From: an uncultured Acidobacteriota bacterium | Lineage (GTDB): Bacteria > Acidobacteriota > Thermoanaerobaculia > Gp7-AA8 | Assembly: GCA_963793695.1 (NCBI GenBank) | Contig: CAWCBB010000016.1 | Location: 132,550-196,549, forward strand | Direction: 5' to 3' | Length of the DNA stretch: 64,000 nt | Shown here: piece after piece, positions 33,685 to 45,566 of the stretch | How positions within the stretch are numbered: the stretch's first letter is position 1 | Layout of the letters: every line of letters starts with the position of its first letter | Program-made: the position numbers and the translations under genes | The notes under the pieces: generated by a model | Database searches by the model: none | Told to the model about the DNA's origin: nothing | The model's input: only the letters and a program-made list of their open reading frames with translations

Positions 33685-33936
33685 CAATGGCGTTAACTTA
33701 AGCAATGGTTCGGGCGACGATGTCATCCCGAGCGTAGCGAGGGATCTGGGCGGGTGTGGTGCGCGTGACGCCGCACCGAAGCAGGGCACAGGCTCGAAAT
33801 TCGCTGGCGACCACGAAGCGAATGCCGATCCTGCTGCCCTGCTCGGGCGCCGCGTTCTTTCGCAGCCCCCGCCCAGATCCCTCGCTACGCTCGGGATGAC
33901 AGCTCCGGGGCATCTCGCCTTAAGTTAACGCCATTG
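33685..33936. mobile_element. non-autonomous MITE, 252 bp, copy 2
   Basis: TIRs CAATGGCGTTAACTTAAG / CTTAAGTTAACGCCATTG. Flanking direct repeat GGGCGCCAGCC (33673-33683 and 33937-33947). Same inner 33-bp inverted repeats as copy 1 (33722-33754 and 33868-33900), but the core between them is the reverse complement of copy 1. Confidence 0.8.
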
Positions 33937-34151
33937 GGGCGCCAGCCCGGGGTTCGTCGTTTCAGGAGAATCCAGAGCCGCGTGCGGCGACGATCTTGCA
34001 CGGTCGCGACCGGTATCCCGCGCGCACCCGGGCGGGCGCGCGCGCCTGAAACGACACGGCGCGGCGCTTCGTACAAGAACTCATGCGGAGGAGTCAGTCG
34101 TTTACGGCCGGAGTAAGCTCCGGCGCCCGCCTGTTCTGACTCGCGATCATC

Positions 34152-36614
34152 ATGGCCGGCCGAAAAGCAAAAGCGAAGCGCAGCCGCATCCGCGATTTCT
34201 TCTGGCGCCACTCGTTCGGGCTCGCCCTCGTCATCATGGCCCTCTTCGTGGGCCTGCTGGCGTACGTGGGGCACTCCTGGATCGTCATCACCCGCCAGTT
34301 CGACTCCGCCCGCCGGTGGGACCTGCCGAGCCGGATCTACTCCGACGCCACGCCGATCCTCCCCGGGCTCGCGTATCCCCGCTCCCTTCTCGAGCCGAAG
34401 CTCAACCACCTCGGTTATTTCGAGGTCGAGCGGGCCCCGCGCAATCCGGGCGAGTACCGCTACGTGGACGGCGACCTCGAGATCCATCTGCAGAACTTCC
34501 GCTACCCCGACATGGATTACCGCGGCATTCCGGTGCGCGTCGACATGTCGGATGGGGTGGTCCGATCGGTCACGCGCCTGGGCGACGAGATGGACCTGCG
34601 CGGGGTCCGGATCGAGCCGGAGCTCGTGACGTCGGTCTTCAACGACGTCATGGAGGACCGGGTGCCGGTCGCGCTCGCCGACGTTCCGCAGGACCTGATC
34701 GACGCGATCCTCGCCGTCGAGGACCGGGCCTTCTATCAGCACGAAGGGATCTCGGTCCGCGGCATCCTCCGGGCGTTCGTGACGAACGTGCGGCGGGGCG
34801 GCCGCGTGGCCGGCGGGTCCACGCTGACCCAGCAGCTGGTCAAGAACCTCTTTCTGACGCACGAGCGGACCTACACGCGAAAGATCAAAGAAGCGCTGAT
34901 GGCGATCATCCTGGAGATGCGCTACTCGAAGGACGAGATCCTCGAGGCGTATCTCAACGAGATCTACCTCGGACAGAACGGCGCGGTCCAGATCGTGGGC
35001 GTCGAGCAGGCGGCCCAGTCCTACTTCGGCAAGCACGTCAAGCGGCTGACGCTGCCCGAGGCGGCGACGATCGCCGGGATCATCCGGTCGCCGAACGTCT
35101 ATTCGCCGCTGCGGAACCCCGAGCGCGCGAAGGAACGGCGGAACCTCGCTCTGGCCCAGATGCTCGGCCAGGAGCGGATCACGCAGGGCGAGCACGATGC
35201 CGCTCTGAAGGCGCCGATGAAGACGGCGCGCTTCCCGCGCTCGAGCAACAGCGCTCCCTATTTCGTCGACTTCGTGATGCGCCAGCTCCGCGAGACCTAT
35301 CCGGAGACGCAGCTCGAGACCGAGGGACTGCGGGTCTTCACCACGCTCGACACGATGATGCAGCGGGCGGCGGACCGCTCGCTCGAGGAGGGCGTCGAAG
35401 CGCTCCGGAAGGGCTACCGCACGATCCGTACCGCCGACCAGCCGCTGCAGGGAGTCGTGATCACGATCCAGCCGGGCACGGGCTACGTCCGGGCGCTCAT
35501 CGGCGGCCGCGACTATCGGAAGAGCCAGTTCAACCGGGCGCTCCAGGCGAAACGCCAGCCGGGCTCCCTCTTCAAGCCCTTCGTCTACGTCGCCGCGATG
35601 GACCCCCGGAGGGGAGAGGCGGCGCTGACGGCCGCGAGCGTGCTCGACGACAGCCCGATCAGCGTCGGCTCGTGGACGCCGCAGAACTACGACGGCGAGT
35701 TCCACGGGAGGACGACGGTACGCGAGGCGCTGGTGCATTCCTACAACATCCCGGCCGTGCGCGCGGCGCTCGACGCGGGGGTGAGCCACGTCATCGAGCT
35801 CGCCTCCGAGGTCGGCGTGCGGAGCTCCCTCAAGCCGTATCCGTCGATCGCTCTCGGTTCGTTCGAGGTGACGCCGCTGGAGATCGCGTACGCCTATTCG
35901 GTCTTCGCGAACGAAGGGGTGAAGGCGACCCCGGTGAGCATCCTCTCGGTGGTGACGCGCGAGGGGAAGGTCCTCGAGAGCCGCGACGTGAAGATGGCGC
36001 GCGTCGCGCCGGCGAGCGCGAGCTACATCATGAACGACATCCTCCAGGACGTGGTGCGCCGCGGGACGGCGGCGCGCATACGGAGCTCGGGGATCACCCG
36101 GGAGTTCGCCGGCAAGACGGGGACGACGAACGAATACCGCGACTCCTGGTTCATCGGCTACACGCCCCGGATCCTGACCGTCGTCTGGATCGGCTTCGAC
36201 GACAACCGGACGACGCGGCTGAGCGGCTCGAACGGCGCGCTCCCGATCTGGATCGACTACATGAAGCGCGTGACCCCGATGATTCCCGACGCGCAGTTCA
36301 AGCGGCCGAACGACGTGACGAGCGCGGAGATCGACCCGCTGAGCGGGCTGCTCGCGACGCCCGCGTGCCCCGAGATCCGGAGCGAGCTCTTCGTCGCGGG
36401 AACGGAGCCCACGGAGACCTGTTACCTCCACACGTCGTACCGCGACCGCTATTTCCCGTTCCCCTCGGACTTCCCCGGCGTTCCGCGGGAGGTGGCGAGC
36501 GAGCAGGGGCGGCGCGGAGAGCCGGAAGGAGCGGCCGAATCGGCGCCGCCCGGGCGGGACGATCGAAAGAAGAAGAAGACGGCGTTCGAGCGCTGGCTCG
36601 ACAAGGTGTTCTGA
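34152..36614 (+). CDS. mrcA: penicillin-binding protein 1A (bifunctional transglycosylase/transpeptidase)
   Basis: Intact 820-aa ORF. GT51 motifs EDRAFYQHEGI, GGSTLTQQLVKN and RKIKEA. Transpeptidase motifs SLFKP (SxxK) and KTGTT. Confidence 0.95.
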   Translation: MAGRKAKAKRSRIRDFFWRHSFGLALVIMALFVGLLAYVGHSWIVITRQFDSARRWDLPSRIYSDATPILPGLAYPRSLLEPKLNHLGYFEVERAPRNPGEYRYVDGDLEIHLQNFRYPDMDYRGIPVRVDMSDGVVRSVTRLGDEMDLRGVRIEPELVTSVFNDVMEDRVPVALADVPQDLIDAILAVEDRAFYQHEGISVRGILRAFVTNVRRGGRVAGGSTLTQQLVKNLFLTHERTYTRKIKEALMAIILEMRYSKDEILEAYLNEIYLGQNGAVQIVGVEQAAQSYFGKHVKRLTLPEAATIAGIIRSPNVYSPLRNPERAKERRNLALAQMLGQERITQGEHDAALKAPMKTARFPRSSNSAPYFVDFVMRQLRETYPETQLETEGLRVFTTLDTMMQRAADRSLEEGVEALRKGYRTIRTADQPLQGVVITIQPGTGYVRALIGGRDYRKSQFNRALQAKRQPGSLFKPFVYVAAMDPRRGEAALTAASVLDDSPISVGSWTPQNYDGEFHGRTTVREALVHSYNIPAVRAALDAGVSHVIELASEVGVRSSLKPYPSIALGSFEVTPLEIAYAYSVFANEGVKATPVSILSVVTREGKVLESRDVKMARVAPASASYIMNDILQDVVRRGTAARIRSSGITREFAGKTGTTNEYRDSWFIGYTPRILTVVWIGFDDNRTTRLSGSNGALPIWIDYMKRVTPMIPDAQFKRPNDVTSAEIDPLSGLLATPACPEIRSELFVAGTEPTETCYLHTSYRDRYFPFPSDFPGVPREVASEQGRRGEPEGAAESAPPGRDDRKKKKTAFERWLDKVF

Positions 36615-36676
36615 GAGGGGGCGGTGGTATTCTTCGGCTCCCGGTCTGATCTGCCCCAGGTGACGGAGTCTGCAAG

Positions 36677-37435
36677 GTGAAGGAGTCGTTCCAGAAGTCG
36701 ATGTCGTACGTCGGCGGGCTGACGCAGCTCGCGGGGGAGACGATCCGTCTCACGTTCCGGCGACCGTTCGAGGGGCGCGCGTTCGCGACGCAGCTCGACG
36801 TGATCGGGGTCCAGTCGATGTCGATCGTCATCATCACGGCCGGGTTCATCGGGATGGTGCTCGCCCTGCAGACGGCCTACGCGCTGCAGGATTTCGGAGG
36901 GAAGATCTTCATCGGGAAGGTCGTCTCGCTCTCGCTCATCCGCGAGCTCGCGCCGGTGCTCATGGCGCTGATGGTGGGAGGGCGCGTCGGCGCCGGGATG
37001 ACGGCGGAGATCGGCACGATGAAGGTGACCGAGCAGATCGACGCGCTGCGCGCCCTCGCGACGAACCCGGTGCGCAAGCTGATCGTGCCGAAGGTCCTGG
37101 CGACGACGCTCATGCTGCCGGCGCTGACCGTCATCGCCATTCTGGTCGGGACGGCGGGAGGCATGCTGATCGCCGTCACCTCGCTCAACCTGAGCGCGAA
37201 CTTCTATCTTCGGAGCGTCATCACGACGATCCGTTACAACGACCTCGCTTCCGGGATCGGGAAGACGTTCTTCTTCGGCTTCGTCATCGCTCTCATCGCC
37301 TGCTACAACGGCCTGAGGACGACGGGAGGAGCGGACGGCGTCGGCCGCGCCACGACGGCGACGGTCGTTTCGGCGGCGATCTCGGTGCTCATCATGGACT
37401 TTTTTCTCACCAAGCTCTTCCTTCTGATGACATGA
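36677..37435 (+). CDS. mlaE: MlaE-family ABC transporter permease
   Basis: Intact 252-aa ORF with a GTG start. Typical MlaE features (LIRELAPVLMALMV, EIGTMKVTEQIDAL). Confidence 0.85.
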   Translation: MKESFQKSMSYVGGLTQLAGETIRLTFRRPFEGRAFATQLDVIGVQSMSIVIITAGFIGMVLALQTAYALQDFGGKIFIGKVVSLSLIRELAPVLMALMVGGRVGAGMTAEIGTMKVTEQIDALRALATNPVRKLIVPKVLATTLMLPALTVIAILVGTAGGMLIAVTSLNLSANFYLRSVITTIRYNDLASGIGKTFFFGFVIALIACYNGLRTTGGADGVGRATTATVVSAAISVLIMDFFLTKLFLLMT

Positions 37436-38274
37436 CGGAGCCCTTGGTCTCACCGGAATTCAGCGAAGGGTTCGCCGACAGGCGCACCCAGGCGCGCGAC
37501 GTCTACATCGAGTTCCGGGACGTCCACAAGGCCTACGGAAACAAGCGCGTCCTCCGGGGCGCGTCCCTGCAGATCTTCCGCGGCGAGGTCCTCGTCATCC
37601 TCGGAGGCTCCGGCTCGGGCAAGTCGGTCACCCTCCGGCACATCCTCGGACTCGAGCGCCCCGATGCCGGCCGCGTCATCGTCGAAGGGCAGGACATCAC
37701 CGACTTTTCCGAGGAGGACCTCTACGAGGTTCGGATGAAGTTCGGGATGCTCTTTCAGAGCGGCGCGCTCTTCGACTCGATCGACGTCGCGGGGAACATC
37801 GCCTACCCGGTCATCGAGCACACCCAGACCCGCGGCGGGGAGCTCGACCAGATGGTGCAGCGGGCCCTCGACGTGGTCGACCTCCCGCACGCCGGGAAGC
37901 TCATGCCGGTGGACCTGTCCGGCGGCATGCGGAAGCGCGTCGGGCTCGCGCGTGCGATCATTCTCGGGCCGCAGGTCATTCTCTACGACGAGCCCACGAC
38001 CGGACTCGATCCGGTCACCGCGCACAGGATCAACGAATTGATCGTCAATCTGCAGGCGAAGCTGAAGGTCACGTCCGTCGTCGTCACGCACGACATCCAG
38101 GCGGCGTTCCACGTCGGCGACCGGATCGCGTTTCTCGAAGAGGGCGTGTTCGAGTGGATCGGAACGATGGAGGAAGCTCGACGGGCGGACCATGAGGGCC
38201 TGCGAGAATTCCTCACGACGTCCAATGTGGCGGCGGCTCAGCCCATCGGTATGAGCGAGCGGAAGAACGACTGA
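37432..38274 (+). CDS. mlaF: MlaF-family ABC transporter ATP-binding protein
   Basis: ATGA overlap with mlaE. Walker A GGSGSGKS, signature LSGGMRKRV, Walker B ILYDEPT. Confidence 0.9.
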   Translation: MTEPLVSPEFSEGFADRRTQARDVYIEFRDVHKAYGNKRVLRGASLQIFRGEVLVILGGSGSGKSVTLRHILGLERPDAGRVIVEGQDITDFSEEDLYEVRMKFGMLFQSGALFDSIDVAGNIAYPVIEHTQTRGGELDQMVQRALDVVDLPHAGKLMPVDLSGGMRKRVGLARAIILGPQVILYDEPTTGLDPVTAHRINELIVNLQAKLKVTSVVVTHDIQAAFHVGDRIAFLEEGVFEWIGTMEEARRADHEGLREFLTTSNVAAAQPIGMSERKND

Positions 38275-39668
38275 TGAACCAAGACACCAAACGAACGATC
38301 CGGATCGGCGCCCTGGTCACGGCCTCCGCGCTGATCCTCATGGTCTTCCTCTTTCTCGTCGGCACGGAACAGAGGATCTTCTCGAGCAAGAACCGCTATC
38401 GGGCGCAGTTCCGGAGCGCCTCGGGTCTCGCCGCCGGCAATCCCGTCCAGCTCTCGGGCGTCACCGTCGGCACCGTGGAGGGCATCTATCTCCCGCGGGA
38501 CCCGAAGAACGAGAAAGTCCAGGTCCGCATCTCCGTCGAGAAGATATACAGCGAGCGCATCCGGCTCGACTCGCGCGCCCGCGTCAAGAAGCTCGGCCTC
38601 ATCGCCTCCGACGCCTACATCGACATCACCCCCGGCTCGCCCGAGCAGCCGCTCCTTCCTCCGGGATCGCTCATCCCTACGATGGAAGGCGCCGACGTCG
38701 ACGCCCTGATCGCGTCGGGAGAGGACCTGGTCGACAACTTCGTTCAGATCTCGCATTCGCTCAAGAACGTGCTCAACAGGATCGATCATGGCGAGGGCCT
38801 CCTCGGCGAGCTGACCGTCGACCCCGAAGGGGGGCAGAAGCTGACCGACAGCCTCCGGGCTACGTTGAACCGGACGAACGCCCTTCTCAACCAGGCCCAG
38901 AGCGGCCGCGGCGTGGTCGGGCGCCTCCTTTACGACGACGCGTACGCCTCGGAGCTGACGACCTCGCTCAGCTCGAGCGCCCGCTCGCTCCAGGCGATCC
39001 TCGGCGACGTCCAGCAGAGCTTCGAGAGCGGAGAGGGCGCCCTGCCGGCGCTGATCTCCGACCCGCAGGGACGCGCACGCGTCAACGAGCTCGTCGAGAA
39101 CCTGAGGCTCGCCTCCGAGAACATCGCGGCGTTCTCGGCCGGCCTCCGCGAAGGCGAAGGGATCGTCCCGCGCCTGATCAACGACCGCGAGTACGGCGAC
39201 ACCGTCCTGCAGGAGTTCCACGGCCTCGTCACCCGCCTCAATGCGATCGCGCAGAAGATCGACGAGGGTGAGGGGAGCGCCGGCAAGCTGATCTCCGATC
39301 CCTCCCTCTACGAATCCGTGAACGACATCCTCATCGGGATCAACGAGTCCCGCCTGCTCCGCTTCCTGATCCGGAACCGGCAGGCGGCCGGGATCGAGAA
39401 GCGCTACGAGACGGTGACGGGCTCGGGCGAGAGCAGCGGAAAAACTCCCGCGGCCGAGTTGCCGCCGGCGAAGACTGCTGCCGGAAGCGGCGCCTCCACC
39501 TCCGCCCGTCGACGAGCAACCGCCGGCCGTGGAAAGCCAGCCGGCGCCGCCCGCGCCGGAGGAAACGCCGCCGCCGGCGACATCGACAGCGCCTCCCTCC
39601 GAGCCGGAGCCGCCGCCCGCCTAGGAGGCGAGCGGGGTGCGGGCGCCGCGCTCGGGCCGGCATGGTAG
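38274..39668 (+). CDS. mlaD: MlaD/MCE-domain protein with long helical C-terminus
   Basis: TGATG overlap with mlaF. An N-terminal TM segment precedes the MCE domain (GNPVQLSGVTVGTVEGI). From about 39480 another frame reads a Pro-rich tail PEAAPPPPPVDEQPP...EPEPPPA ending at TAG 39622-39624, so the true 3' end may be 39624 after a frame break. Confidence 0.8.
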   Translation: MNQDTKRTIRIGALVTASALILMVFLFLVGTEQRIFSSKNRYRAQFRSASGLAAGNPVQLSGVTVGTVEGIYLPRDPKNEKVQVRISVEKIYSERIRLDSRARVKKLGLIASDAYIDITPGSPEQPLLPPGSLIPTMEGADVDALIASGEDLVDNFVQISHSLKNVLNRIDHGEGLLGELTVDPEGGQKLTDSLRATLNRTNALLNQAQSGRGVVGRLLYDDAYASELTTSLSSSARSLQAILGDVQQSFESGEGALPALISDPQGRARVNELVENLRLASENIAAFSAGLREGEGIVPRLINDREYGDTVLQEFHGLVTRLNAIAQKIDEGEGSAGKLISDPSLYESVNDILIGINESRLLRFLIRNRQAAGIEKRYETVTGSGESSGKTPAAELPPAKTAAGSGASTSARRRATAGRGKPAGAARAGGNAAAGDIDSASLRAGAAARLGGERGAGAALGPAW

Positions 39669-39746
39669 GATTCGACCGCCTTTAAGCCCATGCGCATGCT
39701 CCGGTTCCGGGGGCCTGCCGCATCAATATTCTTCCAGGAGCCGCAA

Positions 39747-41084
39747 TTGAACATCGCTGTCATCGGGACCGGCTACGTCGGGCTCGTCACGGGCGCCGGA
39801 CTGGCCGACTTCGGCAACGAGGTGATCTGCGTCGACGTCGACGAGAAGAAGATCGCCGCGCTCGAGCAGGGCGAGATCCCGATCTACGAACCGGGCCTCG
39901 ACGCGATCGTCGTCGCAGCAACGTGCAGGAGGGCCGCCTTCGGTTCACGACGGACCTCGTCGAGCGCGGTCGAAGGCGCGCGCGCGATCTTCATCGCGGT
40001 CGGCACGCCGCCGAAGCCGGACGGGTCGGCCGACCTCCGATACGTCGCCGAGGTCGCGCGCTCGATCGCGCAGCACATGAACGGCCCCAAGCTCGTCATC
40101 ACGAAGTCGACGGTGCCGATCGGCACCGGCCGCCTGATCGAGAAGATCATCGCGCGAGGCCGGCAAAGGCGATCTGGTGTCGGTCGTCTCCAATCCCGAG
40201 TTTCTCCGCGAGGGCTCGGCGATCGAGGACTTCATGAAGCCCGACCGGGTCGTCATCGGCGCGTCCGACGACGAGGCGGTCGCGCTGATGAAGGAGATCT
40301 ACGCGCCGCTCCACAGCCTCGACGATCCCGTTCGTCGTCACGAACGTCGAGTCGTCGGAGCTGATCAAGTACGCGTCGAACGGTTTTCTCGCCACGAAGA
40401 TCTCCTTCATCAACGAGATCGCGGAGCTCTGCGAGATCCTCGGCGCGAACGTGCAGGACGTGGCTCTCGGCATGGGGCTCGACCATCGCATCGGACCGAA
40501 GTTCCTCCAGGCGGGCCCCGGCTTCGGCGGGTCCTGCTTCCCGAAGGACACCTCGGCGATGGCCGACATCGCGAAGAAAGCCGGATATCGTTTCGACATC
40601 ATCGAGTCGGTCATGGCGGTCAACGACCGGGTCAAGCTGCGGATGGTCGACAAGGTCGCCGACCGCGGTCGGGGGCGATTTGAACGGCAGGAGCATCGCG
40701 ATCCTCGGCCTCGCGTTCAAGCCGGAGACCGACGACATGCGCGACTCGCCCGCGATCCCGCTGATCCAGGGCCTCCAGGAGCGGGGCGCCGCGATCCGCG
40801 CCTACGACCCGCAGGCGATGGAGAACGCGCGCGCGATGTTCGAGAACGTCGACCTTCTGCGGCGATGCCTACGAGACGGCGGAAGGGTGCGAGGCGCTCG
40901 TCATCGTCGACCGAGTGGAACGAGTTCCGCGCGTTGAACCTCGGGCAGGATCCGGAAGGCGCTCCGCCAGCCGCTGATCGTCGATCTGCGCAACCTGTAC
41001 GATCCCTCGCGCATGCGCGAGGCGGGCTTCCGGTACGTCTCTGTCGGGCGCGGTACGCGAAAAAACCTGGATGGCGGAGGTCTG

Positions 41085-41085
<1 letters not shown>
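39747..41085 (+). CDS. ugd: UDP-glucose 6-dehydrogenase, many frame breaks as given
   Basis: TTG 39747 follows an [26 protein letters not shown] (Rossmann), [14 protein letters not shown], and [12 protein letters not shown] (catalytic Cys). Fragments lie in ORFs 39690.., 39923.., 40177.., 40451.. and 40680... The end is inferred at the TGATG overlap 41083-41087, after an A6 run at 41060. Confidence 0.85.
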
Positions 41086-42056
<971 letters not shown>

Positions 42057-42069
42057 AAGGGGGCTGATC

Positions 42070-42596
42070 ATGTTCGCATCGCGCAAGAGAAGCGGCTCGG
42101 CGCCGCAGCTCCGCTGGTTCCATCCCGAGCCGACCGAGCGCTACCACGAGCTGCAGGGCCCCGAGGGAAAACTCGCGTCGGTGCGTTGGGCGAAGGAGCG
42201 GGGACGCTCGCGACGGCGCAGTGGGGGAGCGAGGCCTGGACGTTCAAGAGGTTCGGGTTCCTCCACCCGAAGGTCACGATCCGCCAGCCGCACTCGGAGT
42301 CGAACATCGGCAGGTTCGATCCCGACGCTTCGGGGGGCGGAGTGCTCCGCCTCGCCGCGGGGCTCGAGTACCGGCTCGTGGCGAACTTCTGGCGCGGCGA
42401 ATGGCGCTGGACCGATCCCGCCGGCAACGACCTCGTGGAATTCAAGCGCGACTTCTCCGTGGCGGAAAAGAACGAAGGGCACATCACCTGGCTCGCCGAC
42501 GGGGTCGACGCGGAGCGCTATCACCTCGTGACGCTCCTCGGCTGGTACATCGTGATCATGCTCGCCGAGGACGCGAGCCACCCGGTCGGGATCTGA
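42070..42596 (+). CDS. hypothetical protein, one frame break near 42195
   Basis: ORF 42070.. (MFASRKRSGSAPQLRWFHPEPTERYHELQGPEGKLASVRWAKE) joins ORF 42186..42596. AAGGGGG SD and a C-terminal hydrophobic segment. I recognise no family. Confidence 0.5.
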
Positions 42597-42624
42597 TCGC
42601 CTGGGAACGCAGGATCGAGATTTC

Positions 42625-42648
42625 CGGGCGGCCGCAGGCCGCCCCTAC
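42625..42648. repeat. REP-like half element (CCGGGCGGCC-gca-GGCCGCCCCTAC)
   Basis: Same terminal hairpin as at 8925-8948. The purA stop (CTA 42645-42647) lies in CCCCTAC. Confidence 0.8.
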
Positions 42649-43926
42649 TGGCCCGCGAGCACTCCGGCCCGGATGATCGTCTCTTCGCGGCGCGGGCCCG
42701 TGGAGACGACCGAAATCGGGCACTCGAGCTGGTCCTCGACGAAGCGGACGTAGTCCTTCGCTTCCTGGGGGAGGTCCTCGAACTCGCTCGTCCCGACGGT
42801 CGATTTGCGCCATCCCTTCATCGTCCGGAACCTCGGGCGGGCTTCGCCGCGCTCGACGGCGCGCTTCGGGTAGTGGAGCGCTTCACCCTTCGGCGTGTCG
42901 TACGCGACGCAGACCGGGATCTCGTCGAGATCGTCGAAGACGTCGAGCTTCGTGAGGGCGATCTCGTCCAGGCCGTTCAGCATCGTGGCGGTGCGGAGGA
43001 CGACCAGGTCGAGCCACCCGGTCCGGCGCGGGCGTCCGGTGGTCGTGCCGTACTCGTTGCCGCGCTCGCGGAGGTGGTCTCCCGTGGCGTTCGTGAGCTC
43101 GGTCGGGAAGGGGCCCGCGCCCACCCGCGTGGTGTAGGCCTTCGCGACTCCCATGACCCTGTGGATGTGCTTCGGCGCGACGCCGAGGCCCGTGGCGATT
43201 CCCCCCGCCGTCGAGCTCGAAGAGGTGACGAAGGGATAGGTTCCGTGGTCGATGTCGAGAAGGGTTCCCTGCGCTCCCTCGAACATGACGCGGCGGCCGT
43301 TCCGGATCGCGTCGTTGAGGACGAGCGTCGTGTCGACGATGCGGTCGGCGAGGATCTCGCCGTAGTGGAGCGCGTGGCGCACGAGCGCTTCCGGCTCGAA
43401 GGTCGGCTTGCCGTACACGGTCGAGAGGAGCGCGTTCTTTTCCCGGCAGGCGAGCTCGAGCTTCTCACGGAGGATCTTCTCGTCGAGAAGGTCCCGGGTG
43501 AGGATGCCGAACCGGGAGATCTTCATCTCGTAGGCCGGGCCGATGCCACGCCCCGTGGTGCCGATCTTCGCCTCGCCGGCGAGCTCCTCCCGCCCCTGAT
43601 CGAGGGCCGCATGGAGCGGGAGAATGCAGTGCGCGGAGTCGCTGATCGAGCAGGTTGTCGTCGATCGTGACGCCGGACGCGCGCAGCGCATCCATCTCCC
43701 TGAGGAGCGCCTCCGGGTCGATCACCATGCCGTTCCCGAGGATGCAGAGCTTTCCTTCGTGAAGGATCCCGGAGGGGATCAGGTGGAGGGAGTAGTGCTT
43801 GTCCGCGAACTTGACCGTGTGGCCGGCGTTGTGGCCTCCCTGGTAGCGGGCGACCACGTCGAACTGGTCGCAGAGGAGGTCGACGATTTTGCCTTTGCCT
43901 TCGTCGCCCCACTGGGCTCCGATCAC
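42645..43926 (-). CDS. purA: adenylosuccinate synthetase, one frame break near 43650 (start uncertain)
   Basis: [15 protein letters not shown]-loop and GHNAGHT in ORF 43465..43926. The rest ([24 protein letters not shown]) is in ORF 42645..43691. An upstream ATG at about 43953 is in another frame, so the N-terminus is unresolved. Confidence 0.9.
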
Positions 43927-44027
43927 GGCGAGATTGGTCTTTTTCGGTTTCAGCCATCGGCAGGGGGAGCGTATAACGGCTCGCGTCGCCCGGCAAATCG
44001 GGACGCGAGAACCGATATGATCTCGGT

Positions 44028-45534
44028 ATGGAACGGATCGACATCGACGGGGCGGGCCTGACGCTCGCGAAGCTGGAACGGATCGCGCGGGGGGAGGCGG
44101 AGGCGGTGCTGGAGGCCGCGGCGGCCGGAAGAATGCGGCGCTCGCGGGAGATCGTGGAGCGCTACGTCGCCGAGGGGAAGACCGTATACGGCGTGACGAC
44201 CGGGTTCGGCGTCTTCGCGGATGTCGCGATCTCCCCCGAGAAGAGCGTGGAGCTGCAGCGGAACCTGATCCTGTCGCACTGCGCCGGGGTGGGAGAGCCG
44301 CTCGACGCGCGCGTGGTCCGGGCGATGATGGCGCTGCGCGCGAACGCGCTGGCGCTCGGGTTCTCGGGGATCCGCGTCGAGCTCGTCGAGCTCCTTCTCC
44401 GGATGCTGAACGAAGACCTGGTGCCGGTCATCCCCTCCCAGGGGTCGGTCGGCGCCTCCGGCGATCTCGCGCCTCTGGCTCACCTGGCGGCTGCGATGAT
44501 GGGGGTGGGAGAGGTCCGGCTGCGCGGGGACCGAATGGACGCGGCCGGGGGGCTGCGGGCGATCGGCGCCGCCCCGGTGACGTTCGCGGCGAAGGAAGGG
44601 CTCGCGATGATCAACGGGACGCAGGCGATCTCGGCGATCGGCGGGCTGGCGATCGCCCGCGCCCGGCGCCTGCTCGCGCTCGCCGACATCTTCGCGGCGA
44701 TGACGCTCGATGCGCTCCAGGGAACGGACGTCGCCTTCGACGCGAGGATTCACGAGGCGCGGCCGCACGAAGGGCAGAAGCTCGTCGCCGCGCGCATGCG
44801 CGCTCTGCTCGCCGGGAGCCCGCTCCGGGAATCGCACCGCGGCTGCGGGAAGGTCCAGGACGCCTACTCGCTCCGCTGCATTCCGCAGGTTCACGGGTCC
44901 ACTCGCGACGCGCGTGGAGTTCGCCGCCGCCAAATTCGAGATCGAGATCAACTCGGCGACCGACAACCCGCTCGTCTTTCCGAACGGCGACGTCCTGTCG
45001 GGCGGCAATTTCCACGGGGCTCCGGTCGCGATGGCGGCGGACGTCGCGGCGCTCGCGCTGACGGACCTCGCGTCGATCTCCGAGAGGAGGATCGAGAGAC
45101 TCGTGAACTCGAACCTCTCCGGCCTGCCGCCGTTCCTCGTCGCGGACGGAGGGCTTCACAGCGGCTTCATGATCGCGCAGGTCACCGCCGCGGCCCTCGT
45201 GAGCGAGTCGAAGGTGCTGGCCCATCCCGCCTCCGTCGACTCGATCCCCACGTCCGCGAACAAGGAGGACCACGTCTCGATGGGGCCGATCGCGGCGCGG
45301 AAGCTCGAGCGCATCGTCGACAACCTCGAGAACGTTCTCGCGATCGAAGCGATCTGTGCGGCGCAGGCCCTCGAGTTCCGCCGCCCTCTCCGCTCCTCCG
45401 AGCCCATCGAACGGGCTCACCGGACGATCCGCGGGAGCGTCGCGCCCTGGAACGCCGATCGCTATCTCCACGCGGACCTCGTCGCGATGCGCGGCATCCT
45501 CGGCGAGGTCCTCCGCGCCGTCGAGACCCCGTAG
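44028..45534 (+). CDS. hutH: histidine ammonia-lyase, one frame break near 44900
   Basis: MIO-forming motif [12 protein letters not shown] in ORF 44028... The C-terminal half ([21 protein letters not shown]) is in ORF 44710..45534. The stop TAG 45532-45534 lies in GTAGGGG. Confidence 0.9.
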
Positions 45535-45555
45535 GGGCGGCCTGCGGCCGCCCGG
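45531..45555. repeat. REP-like half element (GTAGGGGCGGCC-tgc-GGCCGCCCGG)
   Basis: Identical to the left end of the element at 17461. Confidence 0.8.
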
Positions 45556-45566
45556 ACCCTCGGCGT

